Of a stretch of DNA of 64,000 bases, positions 30,416 to 41,848 are shown piece by piece. The notes under the pieces were generated by a model, which searched no databases, was not told where the DNA came from, and worked only from the letters and a program-made list of their open reading frames with translations. Made by a program: the position numbers and the translations under genes. Source of the DNA: Octopus vulgaris (Eukaryota); contig OX597816.1 of the NCBI GenBank assembly GCA_951406725.2, forward strand, positions 2,914,001 to 2,978,000, in the 5' to 3' direction. Each line of letters opens with the position of its first letter. The stretch's first letter is position 1.

Positions 30416-31120
30416 CATATACTGATTTTTCTTCAGATTTCTTTCATCTGATCTTTCTTACTCCGTAGAATTAATTACTAAAGCTGTGTGTGGTTGGTAT
30501 TGTTGTTGTTGTTGTTGTTTCCTTGGCTGACACAATAAACAAACAAACAAACAAACCTACTTGAAAGATTCTCAAAACAGCAAGAAGCAATAACCGGAAA
30601 CGGTATCGATGTTTTCGGAAGTGAAATCGTTGACCATCCCCAGTTATTCCTCGACTGCATGTCCAGACACGAGTGGTGGACACCCGATTCCTTTTCTGGT
30701 TTTTTTTTGTTTTTTTTTCTTTTTTTCTCTCTCCCTTATTAACTTTATTCAAATAACTTTCATCCGTTTCGATCGATCGATGAATGAATGAATGGTGGTT
30801 GTTTTTTTTTTCCTTCCTCTTTATTTTCATTTCTCCTTTCTTGCTTTGTGTTGTTGTTCTTTTCTTTTCTTTTCCATCCTTTCATTCTAACAAGATCAAT
30901 AAAACCACAAATAACAACACCACAAATCGGTTTCATGTGTTTTTTTCGTTTGATTCACTGTTTTTTTTTGTTTTTTTTCTGCTGTATCTGGTGAGGATTC
31001 TGGGAGAGAGAGAGAGAGAGTAAGGACGACGCGGCAGGGGAGGAACGACGACGATGATGATGATGATGAGAAGGAAGAACGCTAACAGGTTCAATCCGTC
31101 CACGGTTGTTACCACCAACA

Positions 31121-31235
31121 AGGCGGCGGGGAGCTGGCAGAATCGTTAGCGCGCCGGGCGAAATGCGTAGCCGTATTTCGTCTGCCGCTACGTTCTGAGT
31201 TCAAATTCCGCCGAGGTCGACTTTGCCTTTCATCT
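31121..31235 (+). mobile_element. SINE family A, 3'-truncated
   Basis: Family head and B box. Confidence 0.8.
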
Positions 31236-31339
31236 CATATTTATCCCAGACCCTGTCCACCTACGACCAACCTGTTCAATGTGCCCTTTTCTGAAGTAGC
31301 AGTGAATGATTACAGAAGAGATTTAGTCCACCTTACTCC

Positions 31340-31640
31340 GTTACGACCATATTCAATGCCAGTGGATGCGATCTTGGGCTTTCTCGTTGATTTCAGACTA
31401 GGAGAGGCTGACTGCTTCTGCTTCATCCGCCGCACATCCTTTCCATGTCCTTCTTAGGTCATCCAACTTTCCTCGAGGTTCCTAGTCTAACACTCGTTTT
31501 GTCTCCTTAGAATGTGACCGATCCAGCTCTATTCTCTTTTCGGAATTTCTTGATTGATGGGAATTTGGTTCGTTCTCTCCCACAGGATTTAAAATTCTGT
31601 CCGGTCACCAGATCTTAATGATGCCTCGCGGGTCGTTATT
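31340..31640 (-). mobile_element. RTE-like LINE 3' fragment
   Basis: Minus-strand fragments WIGHIL...EPRGK...RRTWK resemble the RTE ORF C-terminus. Confidence 0.45.
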
Positions 31641-31644
31641 TATT

Positions 31645-31855
31645 CTTTTCTACTCTAGGCACAAGTCCCGAAATTTTTAGGGAAGATCCAGTCGATTACA
31701 TCGACCTCAGTACGCAACTGGTAATTAATTTATCGACCCCGAAGGGATGAAAGGTGAAGTCGACCTCGGAGGAATTTGAACTCAGAACGAAAAGACAGAC
31801 GAAACGCTAGACATTTCGCCCGGCCTGCAAACGTTGCTGCCAGTTCCCCGCCTTC
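31645..31855 (-). mobile_element. SINE family A
   Basis: Reverse complement of the family consensus. Confidence 0.8.
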
Positions 31856-32549
31856 CGTTATTTATTGTAAGTCGAACGTTCAAATAAGAGTTTTTTTATT
31901 GGATTCGTCTCCTTTTTGTTATCGTGGGTGTCCTATACAAAGATTTAGCATTTAGAACAAGCGGTTTCCATTCTTAAGACCAGCAAAGCTCAGATGGGTT
32001 TTTTTTCTAAACGTTCAGATGTTTTTTGTAAATGTTCAAATATCGGTTTTATTATTATAAATAAACTCGAGTGTCTTTTGTAAAATATTTCCCGTCACTG
32101 GTTCGAGGAATTTTAAATTTTCTTTCAGGGAACAATTATCCATTTCTCATTCAAGCATTTCTCAAAAACCTGAGTTTTTTTAACGGGAAAAGATTTTACG
32201 ATATCCAAGTATTTCCCCAATAGCAAAGCCTCATCGATTAATTGAAACCGTTCTAATCTGGAATTAAACGAAAGTCATCGGATGAACTCTGTGATAACTT
32301 ATATCTTTAATATACAACCACCAACAAATGTCTTTATAAGCAAATGTCGAGACATTTATAGGAAGAAGAAGCATCCGTGACCTGAGTTCATAAACTTTAT
32401 TGCTCTGACCACTCGACCAATCCACCCTAGCCACCTATCCACTCTATATTTATTTCTAATTTAAGCACAAAGTCAGCAATTTTAAGGGCAGGGATTGAGT
32501 TGACGAGTACAATATTTTATCGGCTCCGGAAAGATGTTGTAAGTTAAAG

Positions 32550-32750
32550 TTGATCTTAACAGGATTTTGAATTGGTTCCCCCTCGACGCCACGTTCGCGT
32601 CGAGAGGGCAGCTGCTTGTTACAGCAGAACATTTTCTTTCTTTGTGGTTCCACACAATATCTGGTCGGTTGTATTTTAACTTGGTGGCGGTTTTAATTTC
32701 TAAGTTTGACCAGTAGACTTCGGACCCATCGATCTCAGTATGGTCAACTT
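32550..32750 (-). mobile_element. restriction-like endonuclease fragment of an R2-group retrotransposon
   Basis: EVYWSNLEIKTATKLKYNRPDIVW...SCPLDANV is homologous in pattern to ILWDMPI..KANRPDIVV..SIP.D.NV at 12.8 kb. Confidence 0.55.
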
Positions 32751-33140
32751 CGTATGTGTGTGTATGTATGTATATTTGTGTGTGTGTATATTTGTGTGCG
32801 CGAGTGTATATGTTTGTGATGGTCACGGCTGTAACGTGTTCGATCATGTGTCTGGTCGATCAGAAACTTCACCTGGAGTTAAATACCACCACCATCACTA
32901 TAATCCTTTTACGAAATTGCTACTTTTGCGAAAGCCATCAGGGTGAACATCACCGTCAGCATTATTTTCATAATGTTCGTGATGACGATGATGATGATGA
33001 TGGAGGACGAAGGTAGGAGGATAATGGTAAGGAGAAGGGATTGGGAGAATTAAGGGGTTAAATGTTTGACTGAAAAAAGTCGAATGAAGAGGGAAGGGGA
33101 ACCGTTGGGGACGTCCTGTACCCATGCATGTGTGTGTGTA

Positions 33141-33230
<90 letters not shown>

Positions 33231-33488
33231 CATAAACGTACACATTGTCAAGACCCACTCTTCTCGAGCGTGGTACATCACGTAATACACACACACACAC
33301 AGAAGCAGATAGGATGACGGAGAGACAGACAGATTGACAATCAACAGACAGCTACACTATCAGAGAGAGAGAGAGAGAGAGAGAGACTGATAGATAGATC
33401 TTTATATGTGAATACTTGTATTTATCGATTTCTAATGTGTGTGGATATGCACCCGTGCAAACATACATATTCTCTTCACTCTTTGTAT

Positions 33489-33532
<44 letters not shown>

Positions 33533-33924
33533 CGTTTACACATACAGAAAGAGGAGTAGACAGACAGACAGACAGACAAATCCGTCCGTAGGTCTATGCA
33601 CAGACAGACAAGCAGGCGGGCAGGCCAACAGACAGACACAAAGACAGGGAAAGTAATGGCGAGATCAACAAAGGCAGATTAATATGCATGAGTGTGTGTG
33701 TATAAAGGTCTACTTGTGTGCGCGTGCGCGGAAGGAGAAAGATTTGTCAAGGTGAGGGATGGTCCCCATAAGAGGCAAATTAGCCGTTATTGATGTGAAG
33801 GAGAGAAAAGAAAAGGGTGGGGGTTTGCTGTGAAAAGCTAATGATGGCGACGTTGCCACCAGCCTTTGATGATGTGGTTTTGTATTACAGCGAAGGAAGA
33901 AGAAAGTAATGGCAGGTTGCTTAC

Positions 33925-34121
33925 AGCCGCCATTTCATTCGTGGCTGCGAGGCCTGGTTGAGGAATGGTAAAGGGTAATACCGGCAGTCATTGAAGATGT
34001 TTACCCCCGGGTAGTTTGTTATGCGGGGCAAAGAGGGCGGGTAGAAGCGGAAGAAGAAGCGGTGGGGGTGAGCAGGGAGAGGCCGGGAACTTGTGGGATG
34101 AGCGAAGGGTTCAGATGATAG
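33925..34121 (-). other. candidate 197-nt exon of a minus-strand gene
   Basis: GC-rich unique sequence bounded by ttttttttccaag| and GGCT|gtaagc. It is open in one frame (LSSEPFAHP...MKWR), or is a 5' UTR exon ending in ATG GCG GCT. Confidence 0.35.
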
Positions 34122-34306
34122 CTTGGAAAAAAAAATATTAAAAAAACGAAACGACGGAACGAGATTATAAAACAATGTCATTTCTGATTTAACAAACCGG
34201 GCTACACACCACATTCTACACACACACACACGCACACACGAGATAACGCTCACATTCATGCATACATATGTGTGTGAGCGAGTGTGTATGTATGTATGTA
34301 TGTATG

Positions 34307-34381
<75 letters not shown>

Positions 34382-34432
34382 AGGCGGTGCTCCTGCATGG
34401 CCGCAGTCAAATGACTGAAACAAGTAAAAGAG

Positions 34433-34502
<70 letters not shown>

Positions 34503-34509
34503 TCTAAAA

Positions 34510-34865
34510 CAAGTAAAAGGTAGTACTGCAGCCATACTGGGGCACCGCCTTTAGTCGAGCAAATAGACCCCAGGACTTATTCTTTGTAAGCCTAGTACTT
34601 ATTCTATCGGTCTCTTTTGCCGAACCGCTAAGTTACGGGGACGTAAAAGCACCAGCATCGGTTGACAAGCGATGGTGGCGGGGGGACAAACTGACACACA
34701 TACACATATATACGACGGGATTCTTTCAGTTTCCGTCTACCAAATCCACTCACTAGGCTTTGGTCGGCCCGAGGCTACAGTAGAAGACACTTGCTCAAGG
34801 TGACACGCAGTGGGATTGAACCCAGAACCATGTGGTTGGTAAGCAAGCTACTTTACACACAACCA

Positions 34866-34866
<1 letters not shown>
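34510..34866 (-). mobile_element. SINE family B
   Basis: Reverse complement of the family consensus. Confidence 0.85.
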
Positions 34867-34934
<68 letters not shown>

Positions 34935-35019
34935 CTATATGAATGATATTTTGTCTAATGACTAATTCGTCTTTTGTGCTGGGCCACTGGTAGTAATCTA
35001 TGTTATTACCCTTTTTTGA

Positions 35020-35055
<36 letters not shown>

Positions 35056-35087
35056 TTTATTTTAAGCAGCAGAAAATTCAACAAAAC

Positions 35088-35125
35088 CTGTTACTCTGAG
35101 TTTCTCGTTGCCGTTCATCAGACAG
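35088..35125 (-). ncRNA. type I minimal hammerhead ribozyme (mirror copy)
   Basis: Exact reverse complement of 35142-35179. Predicted cleavage is between 35092 and 35091. Confidence 0.8.
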
Positions 35126-35141
35126 TTTTTTCTAACAAAAA

Positions 35142-35179
35142 CTGTCTGATGAACGGCAACGAGAAACTCAGAGTAACAG
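35142..35179 (+). ncRNA. type I minimal hammerhead ribozyme
   Basis: ctgt-CUGAUGA(35146-52)-a cg GCAA cg a-GAAA(35163-66)-cuc a gag-UA(35174-75)-acag. Stem I extends aaaaactgt/acagatttt. Predicted cleavage is after A35175. Confidence 0.8.
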
Positions 35180-35281
35180 ATTTTGTTGAATTTTCTGGTG
35201 CTTAAAATAAAGCATATTACTCTACCACTGGTATTTGAGTACTCTTTTTTCCACCTTGTTTCACATTTATGTGTTTACTCC

Positions 35282-35326
<45 letters not shown>

Positions 35327-35547
35327 GGGAAGAGAGATGTGCGTACACACACACATCTATTGAAGCGAGTCCTGGCCACCCCTGTAGGTTTGAGAAAAAG
35401 GTCGTGGAAGTCGTTGAGATGGTTGCAAGTTTGTATTTATTTGCAGCATCGTGTTTAGTGGAGGGATTTGAAACCCGTCGTTTGAAGACATTTGTGTCTG
35501 TCTCCGCTTCGTGAAATTTGCTTATCCAACTTATAGAAGACTATAAA

Positions 35548-36928
35548 AGTGGCGGCGAGTTTATTCCAAGCTTACGTTGGACGTTAACATTTTCTTTTGA
35601 TACAAAATCAACGGAAAATTAGTTGAGCTGAAAGACTTATTAGCGTCCGTGGTGCAACAACAGCAATTACAACAATACCAACAGTTGCTGGAATTAATGT
35701 TGGAAGTCCAAAAATACTTTCAAGTTCGTTCTCGCCAGACGGCGTAGCAAACGCAATGGCAGAAATTAATTATAATCCAGAAGAAGGTATTACTTTTTCT
35801 GCATATTTCCGAAGATATGAAGAAGTCTTGAAAGAGGAATGCAAAAACTGGACGGACAATGGAAAGGTACGACTACTTTTAAGAAAGTTATCCCCAACCG
35901 AATACGGAAAATATCGTAACTACATTCTGTGAGCCATGTGAAATTTGTTTCGATGAAACAAATTCTTATCGAAATTTTCAGTGTGAGAAGATCCCTGTTC
36001 AGTTCTCATGGAAAGTGTTTGAATTTACTAAAAGACGATGAATTCTCGAAACAGTCAACACACATAAGCTACTGTATAAGTTACAACAGGTTGCCATCTG
36101 GTTTAAAAGTCACACCAGCGATTCTTCAACAGATTATGGACAAATGTTTGCTGACTCTGAAATCGAAATTCTATATATGGATGATATATAAAGCGAATCC
36201 AGGGATCAACACGCCGAGCAGGTAAAATATATATTTGAAAAAAATTAAGGATTACGGCTTTACGTTGAGTGAAGAAAAGTGAATATTGTTTTATTGGAAA
36301 TAAGATATTTAGGACAAATTATTGATAGAAATGGACGACGAGCTGACCCGTGGAGGCAGACGCCATTAAAAATGCGCCTCCTTCGACTAATATAGCATTT
36401 TTTGGACTGACAAATTATAACCAAAATTATATTCCAAATATGCATACGGTTAGGGCTGTAAAAAGATGTTAAATGGAATTGATCAGAAAATTGTCAAAAG
36501 GTGTTTGACGAAATTTTAAAAAATATCTGATTTGTCGTTAGCTCAGTTCGATCCTGCATCGGAAATTGTTGTAGCTTCAGACGCTTCTGAATGTGGTATA
36601 GGATCAATAATGCTACGTAAATATAAAGATGGTAACGTGAAGGCGGCGGTTCATGCCTCATATTCTCTGAAATAAGCAGAAAAAAAATTATAGTTAAATC
36701 GAGAAAGAAGCTCTAGCGATAATTTTTGCCATGAAAAATTTCACAGATTTTTGCACGGTAGAAGTTATCGGTTACAGACTGATCACCGACAGTTATAATC
36801 GATATTTGGGTCAAAAAAAGGAATTCCTACCTGTACTGCAAATATGTTACAATATTGGGTTACAATATCATCAAACTACGATTTCAAGATGAAGCATATT
36901 CCATTCAAGAAATAAGGCCATGCCGATT
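35548..36928 (+). mobile_element. decayed Ty3/gypsy LTR retrotransposon (gag, RT, RNase H remnants)
   Basis: PBS-like tggcggcgag at ~35550, gag-like PEEGITFSAYFRRYEE...KVRLLLRKL, RT YNRLPSGLKVTPAILQQIMD, RNase H VVASDASECGIG...IEKEALAIIFA...LQTDHR. Many frameshifts. Interrupted by a SINE at ~36929. Confidence 0.8.
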
Positions 36929-37318
36929 GTCTGTGTGGTAAGTAGCTTGCTTACGAACCACATGGTTCCGGGTTCAGTCCCACTGCGTGGCACCTTGGGC
37001 AAGTGTCTTCTACTATAGCCTCGGGCCGACCAAAGCCCTGTGAGTGGATTTGGTAGACGGAAACTGAAAGAAGCCCGTCGTATATATATATATGTATGTA
37101 TGTGTATATGTTTGTGTGTCTGTGTTTGTCCACCCAGCATCGCTTGACAACCGATGCTGGTGTGTTTACGTCCTCGTAAATTAGCGGTTCGGCAAAAGAG
37201 ACCGATACAATAAGTACTAGGCTTACAAAGAATAAGTCCTAGGGTCGATTTGCTCGACTAAAAGGCGGTGCTCCAGCATGGCCGCAGTCAAATGACTGAA
37301 ACAAGTAAAAGAATAAAA
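36929..37318 (+). mobile_element. SINE family B inserted in the gypsy relic
   Basis: Family consensus including the tail. Confidence 0.85.
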
Positions 37319-37674
37319 CAAAAAGACTGATTTCTCGGAACCTTCTCCTAGTATAGATCCCAAGTATATTATGGACCTATCATTTAGTACAATGTGCGTT
37401 TCTTGATAAACCTTCTTGGTATACTCAGCCAGGTGCAGTTAATCATATACATAACCTGAATATCTTTCGGCCTCTACTTTGGTACCCACATATGGATCCC
37501 TCTACTTTTGTTGTGTACACAGTTTATTTTCCGAACCAGCCTGGTGCCTAACCATTTAAGTGCCCGATTCACATGAATCCTGATCTATCACACACACACA
37601 CACACACACACATGAGATCTTGTGTGTTTACAGGTGAAACCCAGAGTAGCAAGAGGCTAACTCAGCCAAAATAA

Positions 37675-40320
37675 TTTCATTTATTTGCCACAAGTGCGAA
37701 GGATGAGGGTGACAATACAGAGACAGACATAAAGTGTGGGGGTTTACATATAATAAAATGATAAACGAAAAAGTATACACGGCATCCACTGGAAAAGAAG
37801 GGACATATGGATAGCATGTAAAGGTAAAAAAAAGGTGGGTGGTGATAGAGATGTGGCCCTCCTAATGCAGGAAGGCCTCTAGGGGTAATCGAGAAACCCC
37901 ACTGTCCGAGATTTCCCTGAAACCCCAATAACACGTGCCCTCCCCAATTCCTTCTCTCCAACTCACAGGCCTACACTTAGAGAGGTGCAGTCCGCTCTTG
38001 CCATTTTCGCAACTTTCACCCACCTTTCAATAAACTCACTCGAGGACAGCACTTCCCTCTCCACTCTCAATTTCCTTTTCAAGTCAAAGAGAGCTCTACC
38101 AAAGAGGAATTTACCTGTCCTCATGCCTTTCAGTCTTGTCCACCAAACAACCTCTTACGTTACAGCCACCAGACAAAGGAAACACTGGCTTTCCTGTCCG
38201 ATTGAAGGAGGGCGGCGATGCAATCACCACTACAGACTCAGCCGACAGACGGATCCGTTTCACATGTGACAGCAGCTGTTCAACATGACTCCAAAAGTCA
38301 GCAATGCCCAGATACTGAACGAGGGCATGCAGAACGGTTTCTTCACTCTGCGCGCACCTCGGACAAGTCCGTCTGACAGCACATCCGTGCCTGTATAGTT
38401 TATCTCAAACTGGTAGTGCCCACCAGTAGCACTGCCTGGAGAAGGACATCTGGAAATTATCCATGATTGTTCCCGACCGATAAGTCCCCCGGAACAGACT
38501 AGCCAGTTCGTTCTCATCGGAGCCCAGAGTCTCCCCGAGAACGTCGTCGCACTTCCCCGCCACTAATCCTCTATAAATTTCTAAAGTGGAACATTCACCG
38601 ATCCCATCGCCCGGCTGGTAGAGGGTTGTGAGCGCTTGACAGCATTCTGGGTGCCACGCATCCATTCCAGATCTTTTCTTTACCCAGAACTGCGGCTCCG
38701 TCAAGGAGACGAGCTGCGGGAAGACGAGCCTCACAGACGGAGGCCACACACGCTCACCGTCCAGAAATCGTTGCCGGCTGCGTAACCTAAGCGCGTGTCT
38801 GCGCATTAGGAACCACGGCATACTTAATCCGCCACTTAAAGGATGCTGACAATAGACTGACCGCCTGACCATTGGAACGCCTCCTTTCCACAAGAATTTT
38901 AATAAAGAGACGCTCCAACCTGGTCACGTAGTAATCGGGACAAGGCCCGACGGTCAGGCGATAAATGAAAATGGAGGCGATGTAAGCATTCGCCACTTCT
39001 GCCCGACCTTTCAGGGACAGTTTTCTTTCAGCCCATTTCTGGGTAAGACTGGCCACTCTGTTCGCCACCTCGTCCCAGTTATCAATCTGAGCACTTTAAC
39101 TGTTGCGTCGGTCCAGCATCCGACGACGCCATCCGATGGCATCATCCCGCCTCTCCAGGAGCCCAACTGCAAACCAACCGATTTATCGACGTTGGTTTTT
39201 ATCCCCTACAACCGACTCGTATTCCTTTAGGCCGGTGCCGACCGTCTCCACTTCGGACGTGTCCGACACCATGACGGTGACATCATCCGTGTATGCTGAC
39301 ACTGGCCTTCTTGGTTCCAGTTCGAAAGGGATGCCCCTTAGCTGTTCCAGCTCCCGCAAGTGGCTCGAGTACCAAAACATATAGAAGAGGCGACAGCGGG
39401 CAGCCCTGACGAGCCGTGAATGCGATGCCAAGCGGCTCCGATTCGTGGCCGTTTACTTTGACTACTGAACAGCGATCCAGCTTCTGAAAACGGGTTCGAA
39501 ACCGCCTGCTTTCAGGACAGCTTCCAAGTAGCAATGATCGACCCTATCGAATGCTTTTGATTGATCCAAATTGATCAGAGCACCCACGAAGCCAGATGTG
39601 GTCCCAGCCCTCTCAATGATGTATCGCATAAGCTGGAGGTCGTCGTGGGTAAACCTACTCGGGATTGCACACGCTTGTGCTTTTCCGACCAGGTTACCGA
39701 CGACAAGCGCCAACCTTTTCGCTAACACCATGGCCAAAATCTTAAACTCTGTTTAGCAGAGTTATGGACCGAAAATTCTCTAGTGTGTCCTCATTGTTGG
39801 CGTCCTTCCTCAACAGTGTCACCACACTTTTGCTAACAGCGCTAAGAATTCTCCCGTTCTGTTGCCAGTTGCAGTAGACGTCTGCTAAGAGGTCGCCAAC
39901 CAAATCTAGCGTGAATACATAGAAAATTCGTAGGGCAGACCATCCAAACCGGGCGATCTGCGACTTGTGCAATCGCTCATCGCTTCCAAAATTTCAGTGG
40001 CTGTTATCGGCCTTTCACATAACCTCGCATCAGCTGTCGGGAACCGCAGCAAGCCGTCTAGGTACGAATTAAAATCCAGTACCGTCGTCGACCCATCGCC
40101 CTTTCCAAACAGTCGCGTGAAGTGCTTCTGAAAAGCCGCACACATCTGCTCGGAGTCGCGTACCGCGCCCATCCTGATCCGTCAAAGACCTGATCATGGG
40201 TTTGTTTCCACGTCGCGTCTCCAGCGTTCGAACCAGCTTTACTTCCTTCTTGCCTGAGCGCACAGGCCTTAGTTCTAACAACGCAACCTTCGTGTTTCGC
40301 TACGACGGGCACTGGCTTTC
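37675..40320 (-). mobile_element. Tx1-like (L1 group) LINE, degenerate RT region and 3' end
   Basis: Motifs SPGLDGLPYEF, FRSITLLN, VLAKRL, INLDQSKAFDRVDH, RQGCPLSPLL, AYTDDVTV, RKLSLKGRAEVAN across frameshifts. Confidence 0.85.
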
Positions 40321-40339
40321 ATGGCTCTCAATATTAAGT

Positions 40340-40851
40340 GATTGGAAGTGTTACCATGTACATTTTTTTATCTTTGTATAAAAGATGGGCAAATATTCTG
40401 CTCAATACCAGAAATTTGTCAGTTGCTTGACCTTAACCAGTTGAGCATGTCCCTAAGTGGCTGATGATATGTGCATCTCTGATCATGAGCTGAAGTAGTG
40501 GGGGAGCATTATAGCCATGTGTTGAGAGGAATTCTTCGGGGTTTGAATAATTCACCTCTGGAGACATGGGAGTTTCAACATCCTTAAACAAACCTTATTC
40601 AGGGACCTTTTGAACAGGATGGGCTGCTCAACCTGAAGAAAATTCTGAGTCCCACCTGCAAGGTCATGTGCAGTTTATCTTGATATGAGATCACCATGTC
40701 GCGCACATATGGTTGTGATGCATGTACCTAGTGTTCCCTTATCAGACGGGTAGTCATGATGGGTATACTGGGCTTCGTATATTTTGCCCCAGTGTCACTT
40801 TGATGGCATGAACTGCTCTCTCACTCAATAATAATAATAATAATAATAATA
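40340..40851 (+). mobile_element. non-coding retroposon-like repeat ending in (AAT)n
   Basis: Ends ctctctcactcaataataat. It abruptly truncates the Tx1 relic and has no ORF. Family identity is inferred only. Confidence 0.4.
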
Positions 40852-41617
40852 ATGTGTGTGTGTATACATATCAGATTTATCTGAAACTGAGTCTGAGCAG
40901 CCCACTTCAATAGGGAAAAGATGATTGCGATAGGGTTTCGAGTGAATACTATTCCACTCTAACTCCCGTTGCTTATTTTGATCAGACTGGTCTGGTATTA
41001 GGGGTGACATGGAGGGAATGGGGTAGAATTGTTTTGTGCTCGTCGGAAATCTTGGACCTTTCGACACTTCCAGAGGGATTCTAGCAGTAACTACAATTGC
41101 CCAATTGCGCATTCAGCTTCGAGGATGTTTTTTTTTTCTTTTATGCAGTTATCAGTATCATTGGTGATGGAATCGTGAGGGCGTCGGACGAAATGCCTAG
41201 TGACGTTTCTTCCGGCTTTAAGGCGGAATCATTACCGGCATTTCGTGCGTCTTTGCGTTTTGATTTCGAATTTTGCCGAGGTCGACTTTGCCTTTCGTTC
41301 TTTCGGAGTTGATAAAATGAGTACCAGTAGTGCACTGGGGGCGCTACAAAAGACTTAACCCCCTCACCCAAGTTTCAGGTCTTGTGCCAATAATAGAAAG
41401 GAGATACCTTACAGTTCCTTACGTTCTGATTTCAAATCCCGGTGAGGGCAGGGTTGTCTTTCATTCTCTCGGTGTCGATAGAATATAGTATCGATCATCT
41501 ACTGGGATCGATGTTACTGATTGACTCTCTCTCTCTCTCTCTCTCTCTCTTCAAAACTGCTCTCTAAGAAACCATTATATTCTATTTTAATAAAATTTGT
41601 AGGTGTGTGTATACCCG

Positions 41618-41848
41618 TTTCTTTACTACCCACCAGAGGCTAAGCACAGAGAGGACAGACAAGGACAGACAAACGGATTAAGTCGATTATATCTACCCCA
41701 GTGCGTAACTGGTACTTATTTAATCGACCCCGAAAGGATGAAAGGCAAAGTCGACCTCGGTGGAATTTGAACTCAGCACGCAGCGGCAGACGAAATACTG
41801 CTTGGCATTTCGCCCGGCGCGCTAACGTTTCTGCCAGCTCGCTGCCTT
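41618..41848 (-). mobile_element. SINE family A
   Basis: Near-complete reverse-complement copy. Older copies lie at ~41165-41560. Confidence 0.85.

Larger units (their letters stand above)
35055..35286. mobile_element. fold-back element with paired hammerhead ribozymes inserted in (TA)n
   Basis: 76-bp inverted arms (35055-35130 and 35137-35212) plus a unique ~75-bp tail, with TA tracts on both flanks. Confidence 0.85.

Noticed and set aside
30469-30989. Plus-strand exon candidate (ccgtag| ... CTG|gtgagg)
   Set aside because: No ORF and low-complexity content. Splice-like sites alone are insufficient.
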